A stretch of 64,000 nucleotides of DNA from Lachnospiraceae bacterium (GTDB taxonomy: Bacteria; Bacillota; Clostridia; Lachnospirales; Lachnospiraceae). Below the pieces are notes generated by a model. That model was not told the DNA's origin. It did not search any database and saw only the letters and a program-made list of their open reading frames with translations. Below are positions 28,673-36,858 of this stretch, in pieces; within the stretch, counting starts at the first letter, position 1, and every line of letters starts with the position of its first letter. The stretch spans positions 5,594 through 69,593 of the forward strand of contig SVEO01000008.1 of assembly GCA_015057275.1 (NCBI GenBank), read 5' to 3'. The position numbers and the translations under genes are program-made.

Positions 28673-29441
28673 AACCGATTTGTTACGTCCATGTTTGAAT
28701 AAAGCGGTATCAGAAGGAGTTATTCATAAAAATCCGTGCGATGACGTGTTATTGCCAAAAGAAAGTTGTATCGAAACAGAAACAAAAAAACAGTTTTCAC
28801 TATCTGATACGGAAATAAGTCAAATGAGGGATGCATCTTTAAGCAGATATAAAACAACAAAAGAATATCGTAGCAGAGATGCTTTTGTTCTTTTATTGAT
28901 TATCAATCTCGGTTTAAGAGTTGGAGAAGCAGTTGCACTTGAATGGAGTGATATTGATTTTAACAACCGATTGATTTATATTCGTAAAATATTACAAAGC
29001 AACATCATGAAAACTGCTGATGGAGAAGGGGGTAAAAAAGTATACAGCAGAATAAAAAAATCATCAAAAACAAGTGCAGGTGTTAGAATTTTGCAATTGA
29101 ATAAGGAAGTTGTTTGGTATCTAAATGAACTAAAAGAATATGACAAAAGAAATAACATTCAATCTCAATATATCGCATGCACAAATGTCGGAACAAGAAA
29201 TACGCCGAGAAATCTTCAAAGAAGTCTTGACAGACTGATACGCAATACAACAATAGATAAGAATGTTACATTGCATACGTTGAGGCACACATTTGGTTCT
29301 ACTCTATTAAGGAGAGGAATTCGTATTGAAGTGGTCAGCAAATTAATGGGTCATGCGAATATTTCTGTTACCTATAACAAGTATATTCACACAATCAAAG
29401 AGGAAGAAGCGAAAGCAATGAACATGGTAAAAGTATGTTAA
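28664..29441 (+). pseudogene. int: Tyrosine recombinase / phage integrase, N-terminally truncated
   Basis: The catalytic domain is complete: LGLRVGEAVAL (Arg I), HTLRHTFGS (HxxR), and GHANISVTYNKYIH (His/Tyr nucleophile). The arm-binding domain and most of the core-binding domain are absent. The ORF-track start at 28605 is a GTG lying in the antisense of the tail-gene stub. Confidence 0.8.
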
Positions 29442-29464
29442 ATTGGGGTCAAATTGGGGTCAAA
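29442..29464 (+). repeat. Tandem ATTGGGGTCAA(A) x2 (candidate integrase arm-type site, attR side)
   Basis: ATTGGGGTCAA followed by ATTGGGGTCAAA starts right after the integrase stop codon, in the same orientation as the pair at 22096-22119. Confidence 0.8.
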
Positions 29465-29525
29465 GCACGTTACTGAGTGCTGAAAAATGCAGTAAATATG
29501 GGCATTTTCAGTGTTTGACATTATT

Positions 29526-29546
29526 TTCGACTCCCGTCAGCTCCAT
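29526..29546 (+). repeat. attR core (displaced original tmRNA 3' end)
   Basis: TTCGACTCCCGTCAGCTCCAT is identical to 21971-21991. A strong terminator follows immediately. Confidence 0.9.
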
Positions 29547-29548
29547 TA

Positions 29549-29590
29549 GAAGGCTGTTAGAAGATAGTTTCTAACGGCTTTTTTCTTTTT
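29549..29590 (+). terminator. Displaced native terminator of ssrA
   Basis: A ~13-bp stem AAGGCTGTTAGAA / TTCTAACGGCTT (with two G:U pairs) is followed by TTTTTCTTTTTT, directly after attR. Confidence 0.75.
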
Positions 29591-29755
29591 TGTCGAAAGA
29601 AATCTTGTATGATGCACGATCCGATGCGAATCCGGCATTGTCATTTCTTTGTTGGTTTGTTATAATTAAAAATAGATTGTTTGTTTTAGAATAAAACTTA
29701 CCACGAATGGAAAAAATAACGTCAACATCAATTTCCATTCGAAAGGAGAACAGCT

Positions 29756-30376
29756 ATGAAAAGAATATTAGCTTTTACTATGGCAACGCTTATGATGCTT
29801 TCACTTATAGGCTGCGCCTGCGCAACGAATGATAATCAGGGAAATGAAACAGGCACATCCCTTGTTGACGGTAACCAGACAAACGATAATAATGAAAACA
29901 ATACAAATAACCAGACGAACGAGGGAGAAACCACCGGTAATAATGCAGCCGGCGGTAACTCCGGTGAAACAGCTGATACGGTAGCGCAGGCATTGCTGGC
30001 CGATTTTAAAGCGCAGGTTGCGAAGAACACGGATATTGATGCACAAGAAATCGCTGATAAACTTCTGCAGAATAACGTGATTAAGTTTTCCGGTGCGACA
30101 ATGGAAGTGGAAGAAGGTTTGCTGACCGGCTTTGGCGAGGCGGAGATCCGCGGCTTTGATGATGGCGTAATGTTTTCACCGATGATTGGTACGATTCCAT
30201 TTATCGGTTATGTATTTGAACTGGAGGATGAAACGGATGCATCTGCTTTTGTACAGATGCTTAAGGATAATGCAAATCCGCGTTGGAATATTTGTACGGT
30301 GGCAGAAGAGACAGTCGCAGAAAATGTCGGCGATATGGTATTCTTTGTCATGAGTCCGCAACAATTTGAAGAATAA
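29756..30376 (+). CDS. Lipoprotein with an N/T/G-rich linker, function unknown
   Basis: The signal peptide has the lipobox LSLIGC. A low-complexity linker (NDNNENNTNNQTNEGETTGNN) precedes a ~120-aa globular domain. Confidence 0.7.
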   Translation: MKRILAFTMATLMMLSLIGCACATNDNQGNETGTSLVDGNQTNDNNENNTNNQTNEGETTGNNAAGGNSGETADTVAQALLADFKAQVAKNTDIDAQEIADKLLQNNVIKFSGATMEVEEGLLTGFGEAEIRGFDDGVMFSPMIGTIPFIGYVFELEDETDASAFVQMLKDNANPRWNICTVAEETVAENVGDMVFFVMSPQQFEE

Positions 30377-30428
30377 CAGGTAAACCGGGTGCGGAGAGAT
30401 TCGCACTCTGTTTTTATAGGAGGCAGCC

Positions 30429-31829
30429 TTGCTTTTTTCGAGTATTCCGTTTTTATATTATTTCTTGCCGGTGGTGCTTATATTATACTTCATCACACCG
30501 GCGCGACTGAAAAATTACACATTGCTTCTCGCAAGCCTATTCTTTTATGCATGGGGCGAACCACGCTATGTGGTGCTGATGCTCGTATCCGTCGGTGTAG
30601 GATATATTCTCGGTTTGCTCACAGAAAAAAGTAGGGGAAAAAAGGCTGCGAAAATGTGGCTTGCCCTGTCGGTGTTGTTTAGTGTATGTATGCTCGGTTA
30701 TTTTAAATATGCGGATTTTTTTCTTGCAAATTTTAATGCTGCAACCGGCTTATCCGTGCCGCTGTTACGAATTGCTTTGCCAATCGGTATCAGTTTTTAC
30801 ACATTTCAGCTCTTGAGCTATAATATCGATGTATACCGTGGTGATGCAGCAGCGCAGAAAAATCCATTTACGCTGGCGATGTACATTTCCTTGTTTCCGC
30901 AATTGATTGCGGGACCGATTGTGCGCTATGTGGATGTAGAGGAGCAGCTTGCGCGCAGAGGACATAGCTTTACGCGCGTAGCGCTTGGTATCCGCCGTTT
31001 TGTATTCGGACTTTCGAAAAAGGTGCTGATTGCCAATGCTCTTGGTGAATTGTGTGACATTTTTCGTGCTTCCGGCGAGTTGTCCGTGCTTTTTTACTGG
31101 ATGTACGCACTAGCTTTTACTTTGCATATTTATTTTGATTTTTCCGGCTACAGCGATATGGCCATAGGACTGGGACATATCTTTGGTTTTCATTTTATGG
31201 AGAATTTCCGCTACCCGTACATTTCAGCAAGCATTACGGAATTCTGGCGTCGCTGGCACATTTCATTGGGGAGTTGGTTCCGCGATTATGTGTATATTCC
31301 ACTCGGCGGCAACCGCGTCTCCAAACCAAGATGGTTTTTCAATATTTTTCTTGTGTGGATGTTGACCGGATTTTGGCATGGCGCGGCATGGAATTTCGTC
31401 GTTTGGGGACTGTTTTTTGCAGTGCTGCTGATAATTGAAAAACTGTGGCTTTTAAATGGACTTAAGCGTGCAAAAGTTTTATCACATATTTATGTGATAT
31501 TTTGTGTGGTTGTAAGCTTTGTGATTTTTAACGCTGCGGATTTGAGTCAGGCGATGGCCGACCTTGCGGGCATGTTTGGCGGATTAAATCTTCCGCTTGT
31601 GTCAGCAGAAACGGTATATTATTTGCGCAGCTTTCTGGTAGTGTTTGTGATTGCCATTATCGGAGCAACTCCGCTGCCGGTAAAAATTGTAGAGGCAGCA
31701 AAAAAAAGTAAGGCAGGGCAGCTTGTGTTAGATATCACAGAGCCGCTTTTGCTTGTGGTGTTTTTGCTACTTGTTACTGCGTACCTTGTGGACGGCTCAT
31801 TTAATCCGTTTTTATATTTCAGATTTTAG
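30429..31829 (+). CDS. MBOAT-family O-acyltransferase (AlgI/DltB-like)
   Basis: It is a multi-pass membrane protein starting MLFSSIPFLYYFLP, with the conserved region FWRRWHISLGSWFRDYVYIPLGGNR including the catalytic His. It has a TTG start 5 nt after AGGAGG. Confidence 0.88.
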   Translation: MLFSSIPFLYYFLPVVLILYFITPARLKNYTLLLASLFFYAWGEPRYVVLMLVSVGVGYILGLLTEKSRGKKAAKMWLALSVLFSVCMLGYFKYADFFLANFNAATGLSVPLLRIALPIGISFYTFQLLSYNIDVYRGDAAAQKNPFTLAMYISLFPQLIAGPIVRYVDVEEQLARRGHSFTRVALGIRRFVFGLSKKVLIANALGELCDIFRASGELSVLFYWMYALAFTLHIYFDFSGYSDMAIGLGHIFGFHFMENFRYPYISASITEFWRRWHISLGSWFRDYVYIPLGGNRVSKPRWFFNIFLVWMLTGFWHGAAWNFVVWGLFFAVLLIIEKLWLLNGLKRAKVLSHIYVIFCVVVSFVIFNAADLSQAMADLAGMFGGLNLPLVSAETVYYLRSFLVVFVIAIIGATPLPVKIVEAAKKSKAGQLVLDITEPLLLVVFLLLVTAYLVDGSFNPFLYFRF

Positions 31830-31840
31830 GAGGTGCCGGC

Positions 31841-32947
31841 ATGAGAGAAAGATTAAAAAGTAAAATGATTGTCAGCGTGATAGCGGCGGTCTTCTTTCCG
31901 CTTGCGGCATGGTGCATGTCAAAGGCGCCGGATGAATATTCGGACAGTGAGCGCAGGGTGCTCGCAGCGTCACCGGAGCTTACGCTCGAAAGTGTGCTGT
32001 CGACTGATTTTATGACGGATTTTGAAGATTATGCAACCGACCAGTTCCCGCTGCGCGACAGCTTTCGTAAATTAAAATCTACCACAGAATTCCATATATT
32101 TCACAAAATGGACAATAATGGTTTGTATTATAGAAGGGGGCATTTGTGCAAAATGGAATATCCGTTAAACACGGCGATGTTAGACCATGCAGCGGAGAGA
32201 TTTTTTTATCTGTATGAAGCGTACATGCAGGGCACGGATGTGAATATTTATTTTGGAATTGTGCCGGATAAAAATATGTATTTGGCAGGAGAAAGCGGAC
32301 ATTTGGCAATGGATTATGACGCACTTGCGGATTATATGCAGGAGCGGACGACGTATATGGAATACATCGACCTTTATGACATGCTTTCCATCGATGATTA
32401 TTATAAGACAGACACGCACTGGAAACAGGAGTGCATTGTCGATGTGGCGGAAAAGATTGCAGCTTGTATGGGTGTGACGTTGGAGGCAGGCTACACGGAA
32501 AATGTACTTGCGCATCCTTTTTATGGAGTGTACTACGGACAGGCATTGCTGGATGTGGATGCGGATGCGTTGACCTATCTTACGAATGATGTACTCGCGG
32601 CATGCAAGGTAACAAGCTATGATACCGGTATGCCGAAAGAAGTACCGCTTTACGACATGGATGCGGCAGCAGGCAAGGACCCGTACGAGATGTTTGCGGC
32701 CGGCTCCGATGCGCTGATTACCATTGAGAATCCGGGCGCAGAAACGGAACGCGAATTGGTAATTTTCCGTGATTCATTCGCAAGTAGCTTGGCACCTTTG
32801 CTGGTTGACGGATACTCGAAGATAACACTTGTAGACATTCGTTATGTGCAAAGCGCGATGCTTGGCAACTTTATTGATTTTGACAATCAGGATGTGCTGT
32901 TTTTATACAGTACGTTACTTTTAAATGACAGTTTAGCAATGAAATAA
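31841..32947 (+). CDS. DHHW-family protein (AlgX/AlgJ-like partner of MBOAT acyltransferases)
   Basis: It has an N-terminal anchor and a YYKTDTHW motif (a DHHW variant). It lies immediately downstream of the MBOAT gene, the usual pairing. Confidence 0.7.
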   Translation: MRERLKSKMIVSVIAAVFFPLAAWCMSKAPDEYSDSERRVLAASPELTLESVLSTDFMTDFEDYATDQFPLRDSFRKLKSTTEFHIFHKMDNNGLYYRRGHLCKMEYPLNTAMLDHAAERFFYLYEAYMQGTDVNIYFGIVPDKNMYLAGESGHLAMDYDALADYMQERTTYMEYIDLYDMLSIDDYYKTDTHWKQECIVDVAEKIAACMGVTLEAGYTENVLAHPFYGVYYGQALLDVDADALTYLTNDVLAACKVTSYDTGMPKEVPLYDMDAAAGKDPYEMFAAGSDALITIENPGAETERELVIFRDSFASSLAPLLVDGYSKITLVDIRYVQSAMLGNFIDFDNQDVLFLYSTLLLNDSLAMK

Positions 32948-32972
32948 TTCAGAGAACGGAAGGGAGATTTTT

Positions 32973-34010
32973 GTGATTGAGATAAAAAACCTGACAAAAT
33001 TCTACTACAGTAGCGAGTCGGTGGCGCTGGCGCTTGACGATATCAGTCTTACGTTTGCGGTAGGCGATTTCGTAGCAATTACCGGCGAAAGTGGCAGCGG
33101 CAAAAGTACATTGCTCAAAGTGATGAACGGTACGGAAACGTACGAGGAAGGTGAGATGTGCTTCGATGGCGTGAAGACATCGGCGTTCGGCGATGAGGAC
33201 TGGGACCGACTGCGACGTGAGGAAATCGCAGTCGTCTATCAGGACTATCAAATATTGGACAATTATTCCGTGTTGGAAAATGTCGAGAGTGTGCTTTTGA
33301 TTTGTGAGGAACGCCTCGGCAAACTGACGCCGAAGGAGCGGCGGGCAAAGGCGATGTCCTACCTGGAAATTGTCGGATTAACCAAGCAGGCGAAACAGAA
33401 AGCCAGTCACATCTCCAGCGGACAGAAGCAGCGCCTGGCGATTGCCAGAGCGTTGGCGAAAAATTCGCAGATTATCATCGCCGACGAACCGACCGGCAAC
33501 CTTGACGTGGAAAACGGGCGCATGGTGATGCAGTTGCTCGCGGAGATTGCCAAAACGCGCTTAGTGATTGTCGTAACACACAACTATGAGCAGGCCGAGG
33601 ACTTTGTTACACGCCTGATCCGTCTGTATCGCGGTCAGGTTTCCGATGATATCCGCTTGCGGGAAAGCGCTCAGCTTCCGGCAACAGGAGCGGAAGCTGA
33701 GAATCATGAAACGCCTGAAAAGCGCATGCGAAAGAGAGACGCGGCCGGTGTATTTCTGAAGATGAATCTGCGAAGACAGCCGATTCGCAACGGATTTTTC
33801 TTCCTGTTGTGTCTGTGTCTGTCATTAGCGTTCCTCGTGTTCCTCGGTATCATCGCACAGAATCTCGATGACGCACAGGCGATGGAATACAATGAAAAAG
33901 CCTACTTTAACGGCGATGACACCCGCATTTTAATTCGCAATGTCGATGGCAGCGAGCTTACTGCAGACGATTTTGCGGCAATCTCGCAGGTAAAATATGT
34001 GGAACGGTGA
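32973..34010 (+). CDS. ABC transporter ATP-binding protein (FtsE/MacB-like) fused to the first TM and start of an FtsX-type permease
   Basis: It has Walker A GESGSGKST, signature SSGQKQRLAIARAL and Walker B IIIADEPTGNLD. A TM segment (FFFLLCLCLSLAFLVFLGII) and the start of an extracytoplasmic domain follow. Confidence 0.85.
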   Translation: MIEIKNLTKFYYSSESVALALDDISLTFAVGDFVAITGESGSGKSTLLKVMNGTETYEEGEMCFDGVKTSAFGDEDWDRLRREEIAVVYQDYQILDNYSVLENVESVLLICEERLGKLTPKERRAKAMSYLEIVGLTKQAKQKASHISSGQKQRLAIARALAKNSQIIIADEPTGNLDVENGRMVMQLLAEIAKTRLVIVVTHNYEQAEDFVTRLIRLYRGQVSDDIRLRESAQLPATGAEAENHETPEKRMRKRDAAGVFLKMNLRRQPIRNGFFFLLCLCLSLAFLVFLGIIAQNLDDAQAMEYNEKAYFNGDDTRILIRNVDGSELTADDFAAISQVKYVER

Positions 34011-34647
34011 AGAAAAAGTTTACTATGACTTGGAGATAAAGCATGAGACATTGGCAGACGGTACACAGACGACGGAGGAATCTGCTTCCGGACGCTACAC
34101 AATGAACGTCAGTCAGGAATTTTTCGACACCATCTATCCGGACCGCAAAACGGTACAGGGGGCAGTATATATTAAGGACTATGCCTACACGGACCGTGTC
34201 ATTAAGCAGTTGACCGACATGGGTTACGAAGCGATTAGTGTATTCCGGCTCGGTGCGGTGGCGTATGATGTAGAGATTGTTTACGAACGCCTGACCTCTG
34301 TATGCGTGGCAGCCGGTGCGCTGCTGGCGTTGTTTACCATCGGGGTAGTGCTGCTGGCGTTAATGATGAAGACAAAACAGCGGGATGATACGATTTTGCA
34401 TCTGCTCGGTATGAAACATAATGTAATTCGTAAGATAAATATGTTGTATTTTACAGGAATGCTTGTCGGTTCCGGCATACTTTCTGTTCTGCTGATGCAC
34501 GTACTAAAAGCTGCGGAAGTAAAACAAGTGGTCGATCTTGAAAAATATTTTATGTGGCCGCAGTACCTGATTTTTGGCGTTATTTTGGCCGTGCTTGGCA
34601 TTCTTCTTGGCAGGCGATATATGAAGCAATGGAAAAGTAGAATTTGA
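33997..34647 (+). CDS. FtsX-type permease, C-terminal part (rest of the extracytoplasmic domain plus 3 TM segments)
   Basis: TM segments lie near the C-terminus. It overlaps the previous ORF by 14 nt in another frame and looks like the continuation of the same protein. Confidence 0.65.
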   Translation: MWNGEEKVYYDLEIKHETLADGTQTTEESASGRYTMNVSQEFFDTIYPDRKTVQGAVYIKDYAYTDRVIKQLTDMGYEAISVFRLGAVAYDVEIVYERLTSVCVAAGALLALFTIGVVLLALMMKTKQRDDTILHLLGMKHNVIRKINMLYFTGMLVGSGILSVLLMHVLKAAEVKQVVDLEKYFMWPQYLIFGVILAVLGILLGRRYMKQWKSRI

Positions 34648-34681
34648 CAAAATAAAAGTAAAATGGTAAGCTAAAAGGAAG

Positions 34682-35866
34682 ATGATTTCCGGAGAAAGGA
34701 ACAGTAGGCGAATGGAGAACATGCAGTTGCCGATTAAAAGGCTTCTCTATGAAAAAGCGGCGAGAAATCATGTACCTGTTGGCGGAACCTTTGAATTAAC
34801 GCCCCGCTGTAATTTCAACTGTAAAATGTGTTACATACGGATGAGTGAGCAGGAAATGCGCCGTTACGGGAATGAGAAAAGCGCGGAAGAATGGATTGCT
34901 ATGGGGGAAGCGTGCGCAGAACAAGGAATGTTGTTTTTGCTTCTTACCGGCGGAGAAATCTTTTTACGTCGCGATTTTCTAAAAATTTATGAAGCCTTGG
35001 CAAAAAAAGGACTGTCGATTCAACTGAATACCAATGGTCTGCTGTTGAATGGAGAAATGCAGGCCGCATTGCTTGAGACACCGCCGGCAGTGATTAACGT
35101 CACGCTATATGGCGCCTGTGATGCCACATACGAGCGCTTATGTGGTATAAAAAAAGGCTTTACCATGGTGTCAGAGAATCTTGTTCGGGCGAAAGAAGCG
35201 GGGCTGAAAATAAACTTGCACGCCAGCTTTACGCCGGATAATGTGATGGATATGGATGCCATGTACGCATTTGCGAAGGAATATGATTTGCATATAGAAC
35301 CGGCATCTTACATGTTTCCACCAGTGAGAAATCATAAAGAAGGAATCCTTGAGGAAAATGTGAGATTCTCTGCGGAGGAAGCAGGTTTGGCAAGAGCAAA
35401 AGCTGTGTGCCTTGGCAACTTGCCGCAACATCTTTTTATGCTTGCAGAAAGGATGCAGGCTGCAAAGAAGGCAGAAACACAGGTTGCGCCGTCACTTGAA
35501 ACGATGTCGAAGGAACAAAGGCATATGGCGTGTATGGCGGGACGAGGGTCTTTTTGGATTACATGGGATGGCAGGATGACACCGTGCGGCATGATGAATG
35601 GCCCGGCAGTACATCCGTTTGAAAGCGGATTCGCGGATGCATGGCAGCGTATGACCGAATTGACGAAAGAAATTTATCTGCCGCAGGAATGTGTTCGATG
35701 TCACAAACGAGAATTCTGCATTTTATGCGCCGCTTTGGCCGGAGCGGAATCCGGAGGTGACACGGAAATCAAACCGGAGTATTTGTGCCGGATGACAGAT
35801 ATCTATATAGATGAAATATTACAATATGTAAAAATGAAGCAGGGAGGTATGCACGATGGAAACTAA
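34682..35866 (+). CDS. Radical SAM enzyme with a C-terminal SPASM domain
   Basis: The CX3CX2C motif is TPRCNFNCKMCY and the glycine-rich SAM motif is LLLTGGE. C-terminal auxiliary-cluster cysteines are CMAGRGSFWITWDGRMTPCG ... CVRCHKREFCILC. The radical SAM motif lies within ~50 aa of the N-terminus, leaving no room for an N-terminal RRE domain. The start could be ATG 34712. Confidence 0.85.
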   Translation: MISGERNSRRMENMQLPIKRLLYEKAARNHVPVGGTFELTPRCNFNCKMCYIRMSEQEMRRYGNEKSAEEWIAMGEACAEQGMLFLLLTGGEIFLRRDFLKIYEALAKKGLSIQLNTNGLLLNGEMQAALLETPPAVINVTLYGACDATYERLCGIKKGFTMVSENLVRAKEAGLKINLHASFTPDNVMDMDAMYAFAKEYDLHIEPASYMFPPVRNHKEGILEENVRFSAEEAGLARAKAVCLGNLPQHLFMLAERMQAAKKAETQVAPSLETMSKEQRHMACMAGRGSFWITWDGRMTPCGMMNGPAVHPFESGFADAWQRMTELTKEIYLPQECVRCHKREFCILCAALAGAESGGDTEIKPEYLCRMTDIYIDEILQYVKMKQGGMHDGN

Positions 35867-36572
35867 AACGGAGAAGAAGAAACTGATTGCAGCAATCGTA
35901 TCGGGAGTAGTGCTGGTACTAATTTTGGTATGTGCAACATGGTTTGCGAAGAACGACCTAAAAAATTCTTTGGTTGACAATGAAACGACAAAGTATGAAG
36001 AAGAAACAACCGAAGGCGACGGCGAAGATGAAGCGGTTGACGGAAACACCGGCGGCGAAGGAAATACGAATAACGAAAGCACCGGCGACGAAGAAGACAA
36101 TGCAGATAACGGAAGCACCGGAGGGAACGAAGGAAATACAAATACCGGAAGCACCGGCGGCGAAGGAAACACAAATAACGGAAACACCGGCGGCGAAGGA
36201 AACACGAATAACGGAAGCACCGGCGGTGAAGGAAACACGAATAACGGAAGCACCGGAGGGAACGAAGGAAACACGAATAACGGAGGCACCGGAGGGAACG
36301 AAGGAAACACGAATAACGGAGGCGCCGGAGATAACGAAGGAAATACAAATAACGGAAGTGCCGGCGACGGCGAAGGAGATTCGGAGGAAGCAACCACCGG
36401 CGGCAAAGTAGACTCGGAGGAAGAAACTACCGGCAGCGAAGGAGACTCGGAAGAAGAAACTACCGGTAGCGAAGGAGATTCGGAAGAAGAAACCACTACC
36501 GAAAAACCAACCATTATCATTGAGCCGATTGAGGGTGGCAATGATGGTAAGTGGAGTGAAATTGTAAAATAA
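35856..36572 (+). CDS. Membrane-anchored low-complexity repeat protein
   Basis: AGGGAGG at 35841-35847 lies 8 nt before ATG 35856. The start overlaps the radical SAM stop by 11 nt. It has one TM segment (LIAAIVSGVVLVLILVCATWF), about 10 copies of an 11-12-aa unit (S/N)TGG(N)EGNTNNG, then 3 copies of DSEEETTGSEG. Confidence 0.7.
   Translation: METKTEKKKLIAAIVSGVVLVLILVCATWFAKNDLKNSLVDNETTKYEEETTEGDGEDEAVDGNTGGEGNTNNESTGDEEDNADNGSTGGNEGNTNTGSTGGEGNTNNGNTGGEGNTNNGSTGGEGNTNNGSTGGNEGNTNNGGTGGNEGNTNNGGAGDNEGNTNNGSAGDGEGDSEEATTGGKVDSEEETTGSEGDSEEETTGSEGDSEEETTTEKPTIIIEPIEGGNDGKWSEIVK
36042..36500 (+). repeat. Imperfect 33/36-bp coding tandem repeats
   Basis: The unit ACCGGCGGCGAAGGAAACACGAATAACGGAAGC is repeated head to tail, followed by three 33-bp GACTCGGAAGAAGAAACTACCGG-type units. 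Confidence 0.85.
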
Positions 36573-36688
36573 CAGCTTAAGGAACCGAAATTTTAAAAGT
36601 TTTGGATATGAAATCATATTCCAAGGTGCTTCTAAAATGTTGTGGAGGAAAAAGTTTCAATAAATGCTTTATTTTAACAATTATTCGA

Positions 36689-36717
36689 TTGACAGATAAG
36701 AAAATGTTATTTAGAAT
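36689..36717 (+). promoter_or_regulatory. Sigma-A promoter for the giant GH43 gene
   Basis: TTGACA (36689-36694), a 17-nt spacer, then TAGAAT (36712-36717), in an AT-rich 286-bp intergenic region. Confidence 0.5.
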
Positions 36718-36858
36718 ATATAATTGACAAAGTTTATGATTGTGGGTTACTGCATAATTGGTGCTTCGCGGAAGTGAGGATTTTACTTGTTTTTGCACAG
36801 TACAGAATTATGAAAAGGTAACAAGACAACGATTAGTAAAAAAGAGGAGGAAAAAAAG

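Larger units (their letters stand above)
21971..29546. mobile_element. Degraded prophage (siphovirus-like) integrated into the 3' end of ssrA
   Basis: It is bounded by a 21-bp direct repeat of the tmRNA 3' end. It contains an integrase fragment, a distal-tail-protein fragment and a giant tail-tip gene. No other phage modules are present. Confidence 0.85.

Noticed and set aside
35819-36617. Four long ORFs overlap the repeat-protein gene in other frames or on the other strand: 35819-36541 (-), 35863-36393 (-), 35958-36617 (-) and 35974-36411 (+).
   Set aside because: They lie entirely within the 33/36-bp tandem repeats, which keep every frame open. They lack RBSs and give pure low-complexity translations. 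Only the + frame starting at 35856 has a strong RBS, a TM anchor and operon coupling.
36608-36727. A 39-aa ORF (MKSYSKVLLKCCGGKSFNKCFIL...) downstream of the radical SAM operon was considered as a possible Cys-containing precursor peptide.
   Set aside because: It has no convincing Shine-Dalgarno sequence. It lies in an AT-rich intergenic region, overlaps the predicted -35/-10 of the GH43 gene, and has a hydrophobic, basic, non-peptide-like tail. It is most likely a chance ORF.
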